A stretch of 64,000 bases of DNA, taken from NCBI GenBank assembly GCA_965219455.1, contig OZ244744.1, forward strand, positions 896,001-960,000. Reading direction: 5' to 3'. Below are positions 20,319 through 31,587 of this stretch, piece by piece. A program made the translations under genes and the position numbers. The DNA is from Candidatus Latescibacterota bacterium (GTDB taxonomy: Bacteria > Latescibacterota > UBA2968 > GCA-2709665). Each line of letters starts with the position of its first letter. Within the stretch, counting starts at the first letter, position 1. The notes beneath the pieces are model-generated. The model was given only the letters and a program-made list of their open reading frames with translations. It did no database searches and was not told the origin of the DNA.

Positions 20319-22790
20319 TCATTCGTCCGAAACACGATCCACCACTTCTTGGTCGGCAGCGGCGGCGGCAACCGCACTGGCATCCACAAAATGGAGCCCG
20401 TCACCCTTCTTGCTGACGCGCACCTCACTCCCGGCGGTGTACTTGCCCTGCAGTATCTCTTCCGCCATCGGATCTTCCACGAGCTTCTGTATGGTGCGCT
20501 TCAACTGCCGCGCGCCGTAAGTGGGGTCGAACCCTTTTTCAGCAAGAAGCGCCTTGGCGCCCGGTGTGAGACTGATTGCAATATCCCTCTCCTTGAGGCG
20601 ATCGCATATTTCAGCAATTTCGAGATCCACGATCTGAATAATCTCTTTCCGTTCGAGGGCATTGAAGACCACCATCTCGTCCAGCCGGTTCAAAAACTCC
20701 GGATTGAACGTCTTTTTGAGTTCCTCTTCGACGCGCTCTTTCATTTTTTCGCGTATACTCTTTTTGTCGGAACGCTTGAATCCGACCCCTCCGGCCTTCG
20801 CCAGGTCACGCGTTCCGAGATTGGAGGTCATAATCAATATTGCATTCTTGAAGTTGACTTTCCGGCCGAAGCTATCGGTCAGACGCCCCTCGTCGAGGAC
20901 CTGTAGAAGCAGGTTGAACACATCCGGATGGGCCTTTTCAATCTCGTCCAGCAGAACCACCGAGTAGGGCTTTCTGCGGACCTTTTCGGTCAGTTGGCCG
21001 CCCTCGTCGTAGCCCACATAACCAGGTGGCGCGCCGATAAGCCGGGAAACCGCGAATTTCTCCATATACTCCGACATATCCACCGTGATGAGCGCTTCAT
21101 CGTCGTCGAACAGGTACCCGGCGAGCGCCTGCGCCAAATAGGTTTTGCCCACACCCGTCGGTCCCAGAAAGAGAAACGTGCCGATGGGACGATTCGGGTC
21201 TTTCAGCCCGGCTCGCGTGCGACGAATGGAGCGGCAGACCGTGTCCACGGCTTCGCCCTGGCCGACCACCCGTCTCTTTACCTTCTCGCCCATACGAAGC
21301 AACTTCTCCGACTCCTCCTGCGCCAGCCGGAACGCGGGGATTCCCGTCATGCTGGAAATCACTTCCGCGATTTCCTGCTCAGTCACCTCCACCACTTCGT
21401 CACGAACCTTCTGCTCCCACTCCTGACGCATCTCATCGACCTGTTCCTTCAGCTTGCGCTCCTGGTCTCTGAGTTTGGCGGCCTCTTCGAACTGTTGGCT
21501 GTTTGCAGCCGCATTCTTCTGCCTTGTGATGTCCTCGATTTCAAGTTCAAGCGCCTTGATCTCTTCAGGCGGATTCAACCGGCCGAGACGCACACGGGAT
21601 CCTGTTTCGTCAATCACGTCGATCGCTTTGTCAGGCAGGTACCGGTCGCTGATATACCGGTCGGCCATACGAACGGCGCTCTCAACGGCGCCCTTTGTAT
21701 AGGTTACTAGATGGTGGGCCTCGAATCTCTCCTTCAGTCCTTTGAGGATATCAATTGCGTCGTCCACCGAGGGCGAGTCGACCAGAATGGTCTGAAAACG
21801 CCGTTCCAGCGCGCCGTCCTTTTCGATGTATTTGCGGTATTCGTCAAGCGTCGTTGCGCCTATGCATTGAAGTTCACCTCTCGAAAACGCCGGCTTGAAC
21901 ATATTGGAGGCGTCCAGCGTTCCCTCGGCGCTTCCGGCGCCCACGATGGTATGCAATTCGTCGATAAAGATAATCACATCCTGGCTCTGCTGGAGTTCGT
22001 TCATAACCGCCTTGATGCGCTCTTCAAACTGGCCACGGTATTTGGTGCCCGCGACCATGCCGCCCATATCCAGCGTAACCATGCGTTTGTCTGCCAGCAA
22101 CTGCGGCACCCGGCGCTCCACGATGCGCTGGGCAAGTCCTTCGACGATAGCTGTTTTCCCCACCCCAGGTTCTCCGATCAGTACCGGGTTGTTCTTTTTT
22201 CGCCGGCTGAGCACCTGAGATACCCGTTCAATCTCCCGCTCCCTGCCAATGAGCGGATCCAGCTTGCCCTCGCGCGCCAGTTCCGTCAGGTCGCGACCAA
22301 AATGATCCAAATAGGGGGTCTTGCTTTTCTTCTTTTCGCGTTTACCCGTCGGTTTCCCCTGCAAGACAGCAATCACCTCCTCCTTCACGGTCTTATAGTC
22401 GACGCCGAACCCAACCAGAATCTGCGCCGCAATCGTCTCTTTGTCCTTCACTAACGCCACCAGCAGATGACAGGTTCGAACGTATTGGCTCTTCATCTCT
22501 TTGGCTTCGGTGGCCGCAATTTCGAGAATCTGTTTTGCCCGCGGCGTGAAGGGCACGTCGCCCATCGTCATCGACCCGCCGGAATATGCGACATAGTCGT
22601 CGATCGATTGTTTGATCTTGTCCAGGTTCAATCCCAGATTCAACATCACGTTGACGGCCGAACCCTTACCCTCCCGGATAATGCCGAGCAAGAGGTGCTC
22701 GCTGCTTATGTGATTATTGCCAAGCCGGGCTGCCTCTTCGCGGACCAGCCGCATCACCCGCTTCACCCGATCCGAGAATCTGCTATTCAT
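20319..22790 (-). CDS. clpC: ATP-dependent Clp protease ATP-binding subunit ClpC
   Basis: Clp-N repeats, [11 protein letters not shown]-like coiled coil, [17 protein letters not shown]. Confidence 0.93.
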   Translation of the reverse strand: MNSRFSDRVKRVMRLVREEAARLGNNHISSEHLLLGIIREGKGSAVNVMLNLGLNLDKIKQSIDDYVAYSGGSMTMGDVPFTPRAKQILEIAATEAKEMKSQYVRTCHLLVALVKDKETIAAQILVGFGVDYKTVKEEVIAVLQGKPTGKREKKKSKTPYLDHFGRDLTELAREGKLDPLIGREREIERVSQVLSRRKKNNPVLIGEPGVGKTAIVEGLAQRIVERRVPQLLADKRMVTLDMGGMVAGTKYRGQFEERIKAVMNELQQSQDVIIFIDELHTIVGAGSAEGTLDASNMFKPAFSRGELQCIGATTLDEYRKYIEKDGALERRFQTILVDSPSVDDAIDILKGLKERFEAHHLVTYTKGAVESAVRMADRYISDRYLPDKAIDVIDETGSRVRLGRLNPPEEIKALELEIEDITRQKNAAANSQQFEEAAKLRDQERKLKEQVDEMRQEWEQKVRDEVVEVTEQEIAEVISSMTGIPAFRLAQEESEKLLRMGEKVKRRVVGQGEAVDTVCRSIRRTRAGLKDPNRPIGTFLFLGPTGVGKTYLAQALAGYLFDDDEALITVDMSEYMEKFAVSRLIGAPPGYVGYDEGGQLTEKVRRKPYSVVLLDEIEKAHPDVFNLLLQVLDEGRLTDSFGRKVNFKNAILIMTSNLGTRDLAKAGGVGFKRSDKKSIREKMKERVEEELKKTFNPEFLNRLDEMVVFNALERKEIIQIVDLEIAEICDRLKERDIAISLTPGAKALLAEKGFDPTYGARQLKRTIQKLVEDPMAEEILQGKYTAGSEVRVSKKGDGLHFVDASAVAAAAADQEVVDRVSDE

Positions 22791-22885
22791 GGGACTTGTC
22801 TCCTCTAGACCCTCTGCCGTGGCCGGTGGGCCATCTCTCAACTGCCCGATAAGGCTTTACATATCGTCCACAAGGCCCGGAACCA

Positions 22886-23068
22886 GTGTCCCGTACCAGA
22901 AATATGTCACCATTCATCCGCCGGTTCATCCCGTCTCGCTGCGTTACCTTCACTCGCCGACCTTGCGCAGGTCGACTCGCTCAGGCGCTGGTTCCTGAGC
23001 CTGTCGAAGGATGCGAGCCGGGCGACTCGGCGGCCGAATTCAGGCAATCTATTTCCGGGACAGAACAC
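22886..23068. mobile_element. MITE family B copy 2 (reverse), containing a nested REP-like hairpin
   Basis: GTGTCCCGTACCAGAAATA ... TATTTCCGGGACAGAACAC; internal CCTGAGCCTGTCGAAGG. Confidence 0.8.
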
Positions 23069-23757
23069 TAACCACCGCGCCCTTCATGGACGATTCTTCC
23101 GTCTTCCATCCGAATGATCCGATCCGCCCTGGCTGCCAACGTCTGATCGTGCGTGGCGATAACAAAGGTCTGTTTCAGGCTGCCGGCCAGTTTCCAGATC
23201 AGATCGTGCAATTCCCTGCTGCGTTCCGCGTCCAGGTTGCCGGAAGGCTCGTCCGCCAGCACCAGCCTGGGCCGCCCCACGAGGGCCCTTGCCACGGCCA
23301 CGCGCTGGGATTCTCCGCCGGACAGTTCCGAGGGCAGATGACGGCGGCGCTCGAAGAGCCCCACCGAATTCAATAAATCCTCGGCCGCGGCCTGAGCTTC
23401 GGACACGGGCCGCCCCTGGATCATCAGAGGCAGCATCACGTTTTCTTCTGCGGTAAAATCGTTCAACAAATGGTGAAACTGAAAAACAAACCCCACGGAC
23501 TCGTTTCGGAACCGTGCCCGCTCCGTGTCCGACAGCGCGAAGACATCGTTGCCGCCGACACAAACCGTTCCACTCGTGGGGCGATCCAGGCCACCCAGAA
23601 TGTGCAGCAGCGTACTCTTCCCGACACCGGAAGGGCCAACCACCGCCACCACTTCCCCCTGCGCGACGGAGAGGGCGACGCCCTTGAGCACCCGTATTTC
23701 CGAACTGCCGACCCGGTACTGTTTAACCAGATCCGCAGCCTCCAGCAGGCTACGCAT
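23068..23757 (-). CDS. lolD: Lipoprotein-releasing ABC transporter ATP-binding protein LolD
   Basis: GPSGVGKS, GFVFQFHHLL (LolD signature), LSGGE, DEPSGNLD. Confidence 0.85.
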   Translation of the reverse strand: MRSLLEAADLVKQYRVGSSEIRVLKGVALSVAQGEVVAVVGPSGVGKSTLLHILGGLDRPTSGTVCVGGNDVFALSDTERARFRNESVGFVFQFHHLLNDFTAEENVMLPLMIQGRPVSEAQAAAEDLLNSVGLFERRRHLPSELSGGESQRVAVARALVGRPRLVLADEPSGNLDAERSRELHDLIWKLAGSLKQTFVIATHDQTLAARADRIIRMEDGRIVHEGRGG

Positions 23758-25312
23758 CGCCGTCTATCTCCGAACGGCCCTCCTCGGGCCGCATGTGCGG
23801 AAATAGAATGACGTCACGAATGGAACGCGCATCGGTGAGAAGCATCACAAGCCGGTCCACGCCAAACCCCATACCGCCCGTAGGCGGCATGCCATATTCC
23901 ATTGCCCTCAGGAAATCGGCGTCGAGGACCTGCGCCTCTTCATCCCCGCTCTCCCGCAACGAGGCCTGGTGTTCGAAACGTTTCCGCTGGTCGATCGGAT
24001 CGTTAAGTTCAGAAAATGCATTGGCCGCCTCCCAACCACAGATAAACGGCTCAAACCTTTCCGTGAGTTCCGGGTGTTTCCGGTGCCTCTTGGCCAACGG
24101 CGACATCTCCACCGGGTAATCCGTAATGAACGTGGGTTGAATCAGGTGAGGCTGAACGACCGCCTCAAAGATCTCATCCATCAGATGGCCACGCTGCGCA
24201 CGGGAGTCCACCTCGAGTTCCAGGTTTCGGCAGATCTCCCTCAATGCTTCCACCGAAGCGTCGGCCACGTCGAAGTTACCGTAAGCCTTGATGGCATCCA
24301 GAAGGGTCATCCGCCGCCAGGGCGGGCCAAGATCAATCTCCCTCCCTTGATAAACAACCTTGCTTGCCCCCGTAACCGATTTGGCGACCGAAGCGAACAA
24401 AGACTCGGTCAGCTCCATCATGTCGGTATAATCGGCGTACGCCTGATAGGCCTCCAGCATGGTGAATTCGGGATTGTGGGTGCGGTCGATACCTTCGTTT
24501 CGGAAATCCCGGCTGAATTCGTAAACCTTTTCAAATCCGCCCACAATCAGGCGCTTCAGATAAAGCTCGTTCGAAATCCGCAGATAGAGCTTCATATCCA
24601 GCGCATTGTGATGGGTCGTAAAGGGCCGCGCCGAAGCGCCGCCATAAAGCGGCTGCAACACCGGCGTGTCGGCTTCCAGGAACCCGCGGGCGTCAAAAAA
24701 ATTGCGAATAGCGGAAAACGTTGCCGTCCGCTTGCGAAACACGTCCTTTACATCCGGATTCAGCGTCAGGTCGAGGTAACGGCGGCGGTATCGCAGTTCG
24801 GGGTCGCTGAAGGCATCGTGGACAACCCGCTGCCCGTCTTTCACCTCTTCCTTGGGCACGGGTAACGGCCGAATGGCCTTGGAAAGCAGTTCCAACGCGT
24901 GCACCTTCAAGGTCATCTCGCCCGTTCGGGTTCGAAATACGGATCCCTCGACCCCGACGAAATCTCCAATATCGAGCAATTTCCAAAGATCGAACGCCTT
25001 TTCCCCCACCGCATCCCGTCTTACGTAGATCTGAATCCGGCCCATTTCGTCCAGAAGATCGGCAAAGGCCGACTTGCCATGGTCCCTTCTGGCCATGAGA
25101 CGCCCCGCCACCGTCACTTTCCGCCCGTCCTGTTCGAGCGTCTGAAACGTCTCCCTGACTTCCCCGGAGCGATGGGTCACTTCGAACCGATACGGATAGG
25201 GCTCCACGCCCATCTCTCGAATCGACTCCAGCTTTTGCAAACGCTGGGCAACCAGTTGTGTCTCCGGGGCGGAAGACGCCCCTTCCTGAGCCAAACGGAT
25301 TCCTCCCGACAT
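23750..25312 (-). CDS. lysS: Lysine--tRNA ligase (class II)
   Basis: OB-fold, GGASARPF, FRNEG, HNPEFTMLE, YGMPPTGG. Confidence 0.96.
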   Translation of the reverse strand: MSGGIRLAQEGASSAPETQLVAQRLQKLESIREMGVEPYPYRFEVTHRSGEVRETFQTLEQDGRKVTVAGRLMARRDHGKSAFADLLDEMGRIQIYVRRDAVGEKAFDLWKLLDIGDFVGVEGSVFRTRTGEMTLKVHALELLSKAIRPLPVPKEEVKDGQRVVHDAFSDPELRYRRRYLDLTLNPDVKDVFRKRTATFSAIRNFFDARGFLEADTPVLQPLYGGASARPFTTHHNALDMKLYLRISNELYLKRLIVGGFEKVYEFSRDFRNEGIDRTHNPEFTMLEAYQAYADYTDMMELTESLFASVAKSVTGASKVVYQGREIDLGPPWRRMTLLDAIKAYGNFDVADASVEALREICRNLELEVDSRAQRGHLMDEIFEAVVQPHLIQPTFITDYPVEMSPLAKRHRKHPELTERFEPFICGWEAANAFSELNDPIDQRKRFEHQASLRESGDEEAQVLDADFLRAMEYGMPPTGGMGFGVDRLVMLLTDARSIRDVILFPHMRPEEGRSEIDGDA

Positions 25313-25404
25313 AAAATTGATCTCTTGCCGCCAGCGGCCAGGTACGACAATCGGAAATATTATAATCAATACAAATAGGGAAGTCAAGCCCTTTACCCCT
25401 GCGG

Positions 25405-26521
25405 TTACGCCTCCCCTTTCCGTTCCAGAAACGCCCGCATGAATCCGTCCAGACCCCCGTCCATAACGTCTTGAACACCGGATGTTTCGAATTCGGTCCG
25501 CAGGTCTTTGACGAGTTGATAGGGATGGAATACGTAGTTCCGGACCTGGCTGCCGAACTCGATTTTTTTCTTGTCCTTCTCGATCTTCGCGCGGGCTTTC
25601 TCTTCCTCCTCCTTGTAGTGCTGGTACAGCCTGGCTTTAAGGATCTTCATTGCGGAGTTTCGATTCTTGTGTTGCGACCGTTCGTTCTGACACTGAACCA
25701 CAATGCCCGTGGGATGATGCGTCATCCGTACGGCCGAATCCGTCTTGTTCACGTGCTGTCCGCCCGCCCCACTGGACCGATAGGTATCCACGCGGATATC
25801 CTCCGGCAGGATTTCCACCTCGATATCGCCCTCCGCCTCGGGATACACGGAGACCGACGCGAACGACGTGTGACGCCTGCGGCTGGAATCGAACGGAGAA
25901 ATCCGAACCAGTCTATGCACGCCCATTTCAGACTTGAGGTACCCGTACGCGTACTCTCCCTTCATCTCGATGGCCACGCTCTTGATGCCCGCCGTCTCCC
26001 CCGGAAGAAGATCCAGCACATCCGCCTGGAAGCCGCGACGCTCGGCCCATCGGCTGTACATCCTCATCAGCATCTGCGCCCAGTCGGCCGATTCCGTGCC
26101 GCCCGCACCGGGATGAATTGTCAGGATTGCGTTCAGGCGATCCTCCTTTGCGCCCATCATATGCCGGAACTCCAGTTCTTCAAGCGCCCCTCCCAACGTC
26201 CTCTGTTCCCGTTGGAGATCCCGCAGCGTCTCTTCGTCCTGCTCTTCCCGGGCCAGATGGTACAACTCATCCAGTTCCGTGAGCTGCTCATCCAGCCCCT
26301 GCCACCCGGTTACCCAATCCTTGTGGCCATTCACTTTATCGATGATCTGCCGGGCCCGTTCCCGATCGTCCCAGAATCCCGGTCGCTCCATCAACCTCTC
26401 GAGTTCGGCAATATGGGTTTCCCGGGATCCCAGGTCAAAGATGCCTCCGAAGGTTATCCAACCGGTCACGACACTCGGCCAGTCCCGACTTCAGGTTGGT
26501 AAATTGAATATCGACAGCCAT
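25405..26521 (-). CDS. prfB: Peptide chain release factor 2, with programmed +1 frameshift
   Basis: ATG 26521 MAVDIQ...LRRHL then CTT TGA C (26434-26440) with internal SD-like GGAGG just upstream; second frame has SPF and GGQ motifs. Confidence 0.95.
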
Positions 26522-26633
26522 AAACGCCAACTCCTTTCAGTGATAAAATAACGCCGGGGCCCGTGTCCCGTCCGGCGCCGTTTCGGTCGGCCTGGACCGC
26601 CCGCCCCCTCGTTCGCCTCTTCCGACCTCCGAT

Positions 26634-27302
26634 TCACCTCAAATCAATCACCTCGACACCCTCCGGCGGCACGAAAGTGAACAGATCCGGCTTCAGTTTC
26701 CCATCCACCTTCAAGCGGGAAATCTCGTACGTGGTTACATCTTCGTTCAAATTCAGATATTCTGCCCGTCGGACCAGCCAGAGCTTCCTGTCTACCCACA
26801 GCCGGACCCGGGCGATATAGCTCTCCTCCTGCCGGGCCGTCAGTTCCACGCGATAACAGCGCCTGCCGTCCACGCGCTCCTCTCCGGAAAGCCGGGGCAC
26901 GTACCGATCTTCGTACCCTCCCAGCAGAATAAGGTCGAACAGCAGCTTCTCGTAACTCCGGTCGCCCTTTGCCCGATCGGAACTGCTCAGCAAAACCTGC
27001 TCGTTTTCCGGTGTGTAATTCCAGGCGCTTTCTCCATCCGAAACCACCGTCTGGACCCGTGTCTCAAAACGAAATCGATTCGGTTTCTGCACGTACAGGG
27101 TGCCACTCAGTTCCGTCTTCTGATCCACGAGTTTCCAGTAGTGGTGTTTCCTGAACCGGGCGGAGATACTCGTGAGCTTTTCATATCGCTGCTGCTGCCG
27201 GCGAATCACTTCACGCCCGTCAATGCCCCACAGATCCGAGGGTACCAGGATCGCGCACACGAAAAACAGAAACCTGAGACGTCCGGCGACCATGCGCCTC
27301 AC
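26634..27302 (-). CDS. lolA: Outer membrane lipoprotein carrier LolA
   Basis: KPNRFR, VVSDG, FTFVPPEGVEVID; next to ftsK. Confidence 0.85.
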   Translation of the reverse strand: MRRMVAGRLRFLFFVCAILVPSDLWGIDGREVIRRQQQRYEKLTSISARFRKHHYWKLVDQKTELSGTLYVQKPNRFRFETRVQTVVSDGESAWNYTPENEQVLLSSSDRAKGDRSYEKLLFDLILLGGYEDRYVPRLSGEERVDGRRCYRVELTARQEESYIARVRLWVDRKLWLVRRAEYLNLNEDVTTYEISRLKVDGKLKPDLFTFVPPEGVEVIDLR

Positions 27303-27383
27303 CTCTTATAAACCGGCGGCAAAAACACGCCGGGCGCCACCTCGCCCGCCGCATTCCGCCCTTCACCGTTCGCTACCCGGAAA

Positions 27384-29738
27384 TCATACCGCATCCAGTT
27401 CATCCTCTTCGTGCCGCTCCAGATACTCGAGGCCAACAAGCACCTCCCGACCCTTGCTGCTACCGTCCGACGGTCCGACAACTCCGGCCTGCTCCAGTTC
27501 ATCGACCAGACGGGCGGCGCGGGCATACCCCACTTTCATGCGGCGCTGGAGCAGTGAGGCCGAGCCCTGCTGGTGGGTAACGACCAGCCGAAGCGCTTCG
27601 TCGAACCGCTGGTCGCGAGTGACCTCGGCAAGCAACAGTTCGTTTTCGTCCACGCCCAGGTTCAGTTGCTCGAACTCCACGCCCTGGCCGCTCACCCATT
27701 CCACCAGGCGTTCCGTCTCCTCGGTTGTCATGTTCGCGCCATGGACGCGCACGGGTTCCGGTTTTCCCGCAGGCATGAATAGCATATCGCCACGGCCCAG
27801 AAGCTTCTCGGCGCCGTTGCAATCCAGAATCGTACGCGAATCCACTTTCGACGCCACGCGAAACGCGATGCGCGACGGAAAGTTCGCCTTTATCGTGCCG
27901 GTAATCACGTTTACCGACGGCCGCTGTGTCGCCAGGATCAAATGGATGCCGACTGCGCGCGCCATCTGCGCCAGCCGTGCCAGCGAATCTTCGATATCCG
28001 CGGGCGCCGTCATCATCAAATCCGCGAGTTCGTCGACCACGACCACGATGTAGGGCAACAACGGGGGAACTTCCTGCCGGTCTTCTTCTGAATCCGCCGC
28101 GGCCCGCATCTTCTCCAGTTTGTTGTTGAAATCCGTGATATTCCTTACGTTGTACTGCGCCAGATTTCGATAACGGTCCTCCATTTCCGCCACGGCCCAC
28201 CTCAACGCTTCGGACGCCTTTTGGGGTTCCGTGACAACCGGCGCCAGCAGATGTGGAATATTGTTGTAAATCGACAGTTCCAGCATCTTCGGATCCACCA
28301 TGATAAAGCGGACCTCCTCGGGCCTGCACCGCACCAGGATGCTGGTTATCAGCACATTGATGCATACCGATTTCCCGCTTCCCGTAGCGCCTGCAATCAA
28401 CAGGTGGGGCATGGAAGCCAGGTTCGTGCAGACGGATTCCCCGGTTGCGGACTTGCCCAGCGCCAGCATCAGCTTCTCATCGGCGCCGAGAAAGGCGTCA
28501 GATTCCAGTATCTCCCGCAGGAAGACGGTTGAAGGATTCGCATTCGGGACCTCAATGCCCACTGCTGCTTTGCCGGGAATCGGCGCCTGAATCCGGATAC
28601 TCCGCGCCTTCATCACCAGAGCGAGGTCGTCCGAAAGATTGACAATGCGGCTCACCTTCACCCCGCGGGGCGGCTGTACCTCGTATCCGGTGATCACCGG
28701 ACCCGGATTCACCTGTACAACCTTGCCCTCGATGCCAAAACTGCTGAGGCTTTGTTCGAGGGTTTGCGCCCCTTCGAGCAGAAACGACCGGTCGGGTCCC
28801 TCTTCCTCCTGCGTGGGTTCATTCAGCAACTCCAGGTCCGGCAACCGGTACTGCACATCCTCGCCTCCCCGTTTCTCCACCTTCGGTTTCTGTCCGGTCG
28901 CCCTGGATATCTCCACGGGGTCGGCAACGATACCGGGGTTCAGTGAAACCGCAGGTCCCTCTTCCGGCTCATCCGCCTCGTCTTCGTACAAATGAAACGG
29001 CTCAGGGGTGGTGGCGTCGGGATCGAAAAGCGGTTCCGATTCGGCATCACTCGCGGCTTCTTCCGCATCGTTCAGCAGGCTGGGTTCCGTACGTTCCGTT
29101 TCACGCCCTTCCTTCCTCTGCCGCCGCGCCAGACGCCGACGTGCGGACCAGCCGGTCATCCCGGTCTGAATTCGCCCAGCGCCGGCCGCCAGCAAATCCG
29201 GAATCCGGGAGAAAGGCAGGCGGGTCAGAATCATGAGAAACACCAGAAACAGGGCGCTCAAAAGAATATACGACCCGACAAAGCCCAGATAGGGTACCAG
29301 GATCCGGGACGCCAGGGTAATTCCCAGCCACCCGCCCATCAGAAATGACAGATGGGTTTCCCCTCGCGAAGGCACGCACGTCGCGCCGCAATAAACCACC
29401 ACCATGGCAAGCAACGCCAGGCTGCGGGAAACAAGAGGCAGGGCGGGACGGTCTCTGAAACGATTCCACCCCCACATCAGAACGAGGGCTACAAGCACAA
29501 AGGCGCCCTGACCCACCGTGAACAGAAAATAGTAGGAGATCTGGCTGCCGATCCACCCCGCCATATTCTCCGTCAATTCCGGTGCACGGCTCGAATTAGG
29601 GGGATCTTGCGGCGAATGTGAAACCAGGCTTACCGCCATCAACAGCGCAACCGCGACCAGCAACACGCCGCAGACCTGATTCACGAGATCCGATTGATGT
29701 TGCGGGTCCTCCTTTACTGCGTTCGATTCGTTTCTCAT
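27384..29738 (-). CDS. ftsK: DNA translocase FtsK
   Basis: N-terminal TM domain, AGATGSGKS, DELADLMM, ATQRPS, gamma domain LLQRRMKVGYARAA. Confidence 0.96.
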   Translation of the reverse strand: MRNESNAVKEDPQHQSDLVNQVCGVLLVAVALLMAVSLVSHSPQDPPNSSRAPELTENMAGWIGSQISYYFLFTVGQGAFVLVALVLMWGWNRFRDRPALPLVSRSLALLAMVVVYCGATCVPSRGETHLSFLMGGWLGITLASRILVPYLGFVGSYILLSALFLVFLMILTRLPFSRIPDLLAAGAGRIQTGMTGWSARRRLARRQRKEGRETERTEPSLLNDAEEAASDAESEPLFDPDATTPEPFHLYEDEADEPEEGPAVSLNPGIVADPVEISRATGQKPKVEKRGGEDVQYRLPDLELLNEPTQEEEGPDRSFLLEGAQTLEQSLSSFGIEGKVVQVNPGPVITGYEVQPPRGVKVSRIVNLSDDLALVMKARSIRIQAPIPGKAAVGIEVPNANPSTVFLREILESDAFLGADEKLMLALGKSATGESVCTNLASMPHLLIAGATGSGKSVCINVLITSILVRCRPEEVRFIMVDPKMLELSIYNNIPHLLAPVVTEPQKASEALRWAVAEMEDRYRNLAQYNVRNITDFNNKLEKMRAAADSEEDRQEVPPLLPYIVVVVDELADLMMTAPADIEDSLARLAQMARAVGIHLILATQRPSVNVITGTIKANFPSRIAFRVASKVDSRTILDCNGAEKLLGRGDMLFMPAGKPEPVRVHGANMTTEETERLVEWVSGQGVEFEQLNLGVDENELLLAEVTRDQRFDEALRLVVTHQQGSASLLQRRMKVGYARAARLVDELEQAGVVGPSDGSSKGREVLVGLEYLERHEEDELDAV

Positions 29739-29889
29739 AAATGAGCCACCCTTGTTTTGGAACATCCAAAGGGAGACAGAATGCGTGGGTCCCTTCTAAA
29801 CCGACGCTCTTCCGTGCGCGCGGGAACGCACCGGGAAACCGAAAACAACCTCTGAAACTCCGGCGCAGGGGATTCGCCGGCACTGCAAG

Positions 29890-31587
29890 CTATAGTCCTC
29901 TCGCCAGCACAACTGGGGCTTTGGTCCTAAAGATACGGCCTTCGAACAACGTCTCCAAAAATAAGATGTAAATGCCCGGCTTCAACTGAGCTCCATATTC
30001 ATCCATCCCGTCCCACGTCACCCTTCGTCGGCTGCCGCCGGTGGCGGCATTAAGGAGCGTTCTTACCGGATGGCCGGACCTGTCGTACACCCACAGATTC
30101 ACGTCCGCTCGCGTGGCTGGAAGAAGATAGCTTATTTCCACTCGATCGTAAAAGGGATTGGGCTCTGCCAGAAGTTGGACGGCATCGATTCCGCTTTGCA
30201 GCGCCACGCTGTTTTCGCGACCGGGCGTCGCCCCGTCGTCGTGGGTGCTTAGCAGCCAATTCTGAGCGTCATCGCTCGACCCGGATCCCGAAATCCGTTC
30301 AAGCGACGTCCCGGCGAAAGCCGCCTGTCCGTATGTCATGCGATCCACAACCGCACCGGTTACATCGCGTACGACCACAGCGTCCCCGCTGTCGTTCAAG
30401 CGAACCCACCGCTCGGGTGCGACAACCTGAATGGTCCGATCGGCAAACCGGCTGAAGAACCGGTCGACGTCTTCGGCCACCACCAGGTACGCATCCGGCT
30501 GCAGTCGCAAAGGCTCACGCCCGAATACCTCGCCCTCGGACCTGGCGTCCTGAATCCACCAGCCGATCACGTCCAGCGCCTGCCCCGATCGGTTGTGGAG
30601 TTCCACCCACTCCGGATCACCCTCGGCTGGAGAAAACATCACTTCGTTCACGACCATCGCCCCGGGTCCGACCCCGCCCAGCACCGTCCAGGTCACCCGA
30701 TTGTTCGACGTATCCTCATCCGCATCGAACGCAACCGTGGCCGCGTATTCGTGCTGTCCCGACGGTACGATTCCGATTGGCGTTTCAAACCTGACAAGCC
30801 CTGCGGGCGCCAGGCCCGGGAACTCCCGTTGCCATCGGGCAATACCCTCCACCTTCACGGAAAACGCCGATGCCGGCCGCCGGCCCCGGTTCACCACCTC
30901 AAGAACAAAATGACGCGCCACGCCTGCCGGAATCGGAAACGGCGATTCCGAAACCCTCTCCAGGGCCAGATCGTAGTCTTTCGGGCTCACGCTGTTGACG
31001 CGTCCCGGTGTCCCTCCCTCCCACCGTGAATCCACCCAGTTCTCCTGTCCGTCGCCGCCGGTGGGATCGATTTTCTCCTCTGAAAACCCCGGCTTGTTTC
31101 CCGTCGTGTAGACCATCGCGCCCACGGTATCGCCGGATGACGAAACAAGCACGATCCGCTCCGGCGTTGAATTGCTCAGGCCCGAGTTCCCGAGCGTGGC
31201 GTCCGTCACCGTGAGGATCAATGCGGACGCGGGTAACGGATCGTAGTGGGTCGAATGCACAAAATACCCGGAATCCAGAATCAACCCGAAGGCCCCGGGT
31301 TGCAGCACGGTGTCGTCGCTTTCGAAGACCAGCGCGTCCGCCTCGTCGCCGTCTCCAGCCCTCCATCCGGCCAGATCCACCGGCTCGCCGCCGGTATTCC
31401 GTATCTCAATGAACTCGTCGTAAAACTCGCTGCCCGATGGGTCGAACATCACCTCGCTGATCACCACTTGCCCTGCCGCCCGACCCCATGAACTCAGAAC
31501 CGCAAAAATCACGATAAAGCCTGCGACAATTGACCCGATACCATTGCCATGAATCTCGAAACACCGGCCTGTCGAAAACCTGTTCAT
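29890..31587 (-). CDS. Secreted protein with two lamin-tail domains, a CARDB-like domain and a C-terminal FlgD-Ig-like sorting domain
   Basis: VVISEVM..EFIEI and VVNEVM..EWVEL LTD motifs, TPGREN, PNPF...WDG...PGIY; ATGA overlap with upstream gene. Confidence 0.75.
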   Translation of the reverse strand: MNRFSTGRCFEIHGNGIGSIVAGFIVIFAVLSSWGRAAGQVVISEVMFDPSGSEFYDEFIEIRNTGGEPVDLAGWRAGDGDEADALVFESDDTVLQPGAFGLILDSGYFVHSTHYDPLPASALILTVTDATLGNSGLSNSTPERIVLVSSSGDTVGAMVYTTGNKPGFSEEKIDPTGGDGQENWVDSRWEGGTPGRVNSVSPKDYDLALERVSESPFPIPAGVARHFVLEVVNRGRRPASAFSVKVEGIARWQREFPGLAPAGLVRFETPIGIVPSGQHEYAATVAFDADEDTSNNRVTWTVLGGVGPGAMVVNEVMFSPAEGDPEWVELHNRSGQALDVIGWWIQDARSEGEVFGREPLRLQPDAYLVVAEDVDRFFSRFADRTIQVVAPERWVRLNDSGDAVVVRDVTGAVVDRMTYGQAAFAGTSLERISGSGSSDDAQNWLLSTHDDGATPGRENSVALQSGIDAVQLLAEPNPFYDRVEISYLLPATRADVNLWVYDRSGHPVRTLLNAATGGSRRRVTWDGMDEYGAQLKPGIYILFLETLFEGRIFRTKAPVVLARGL

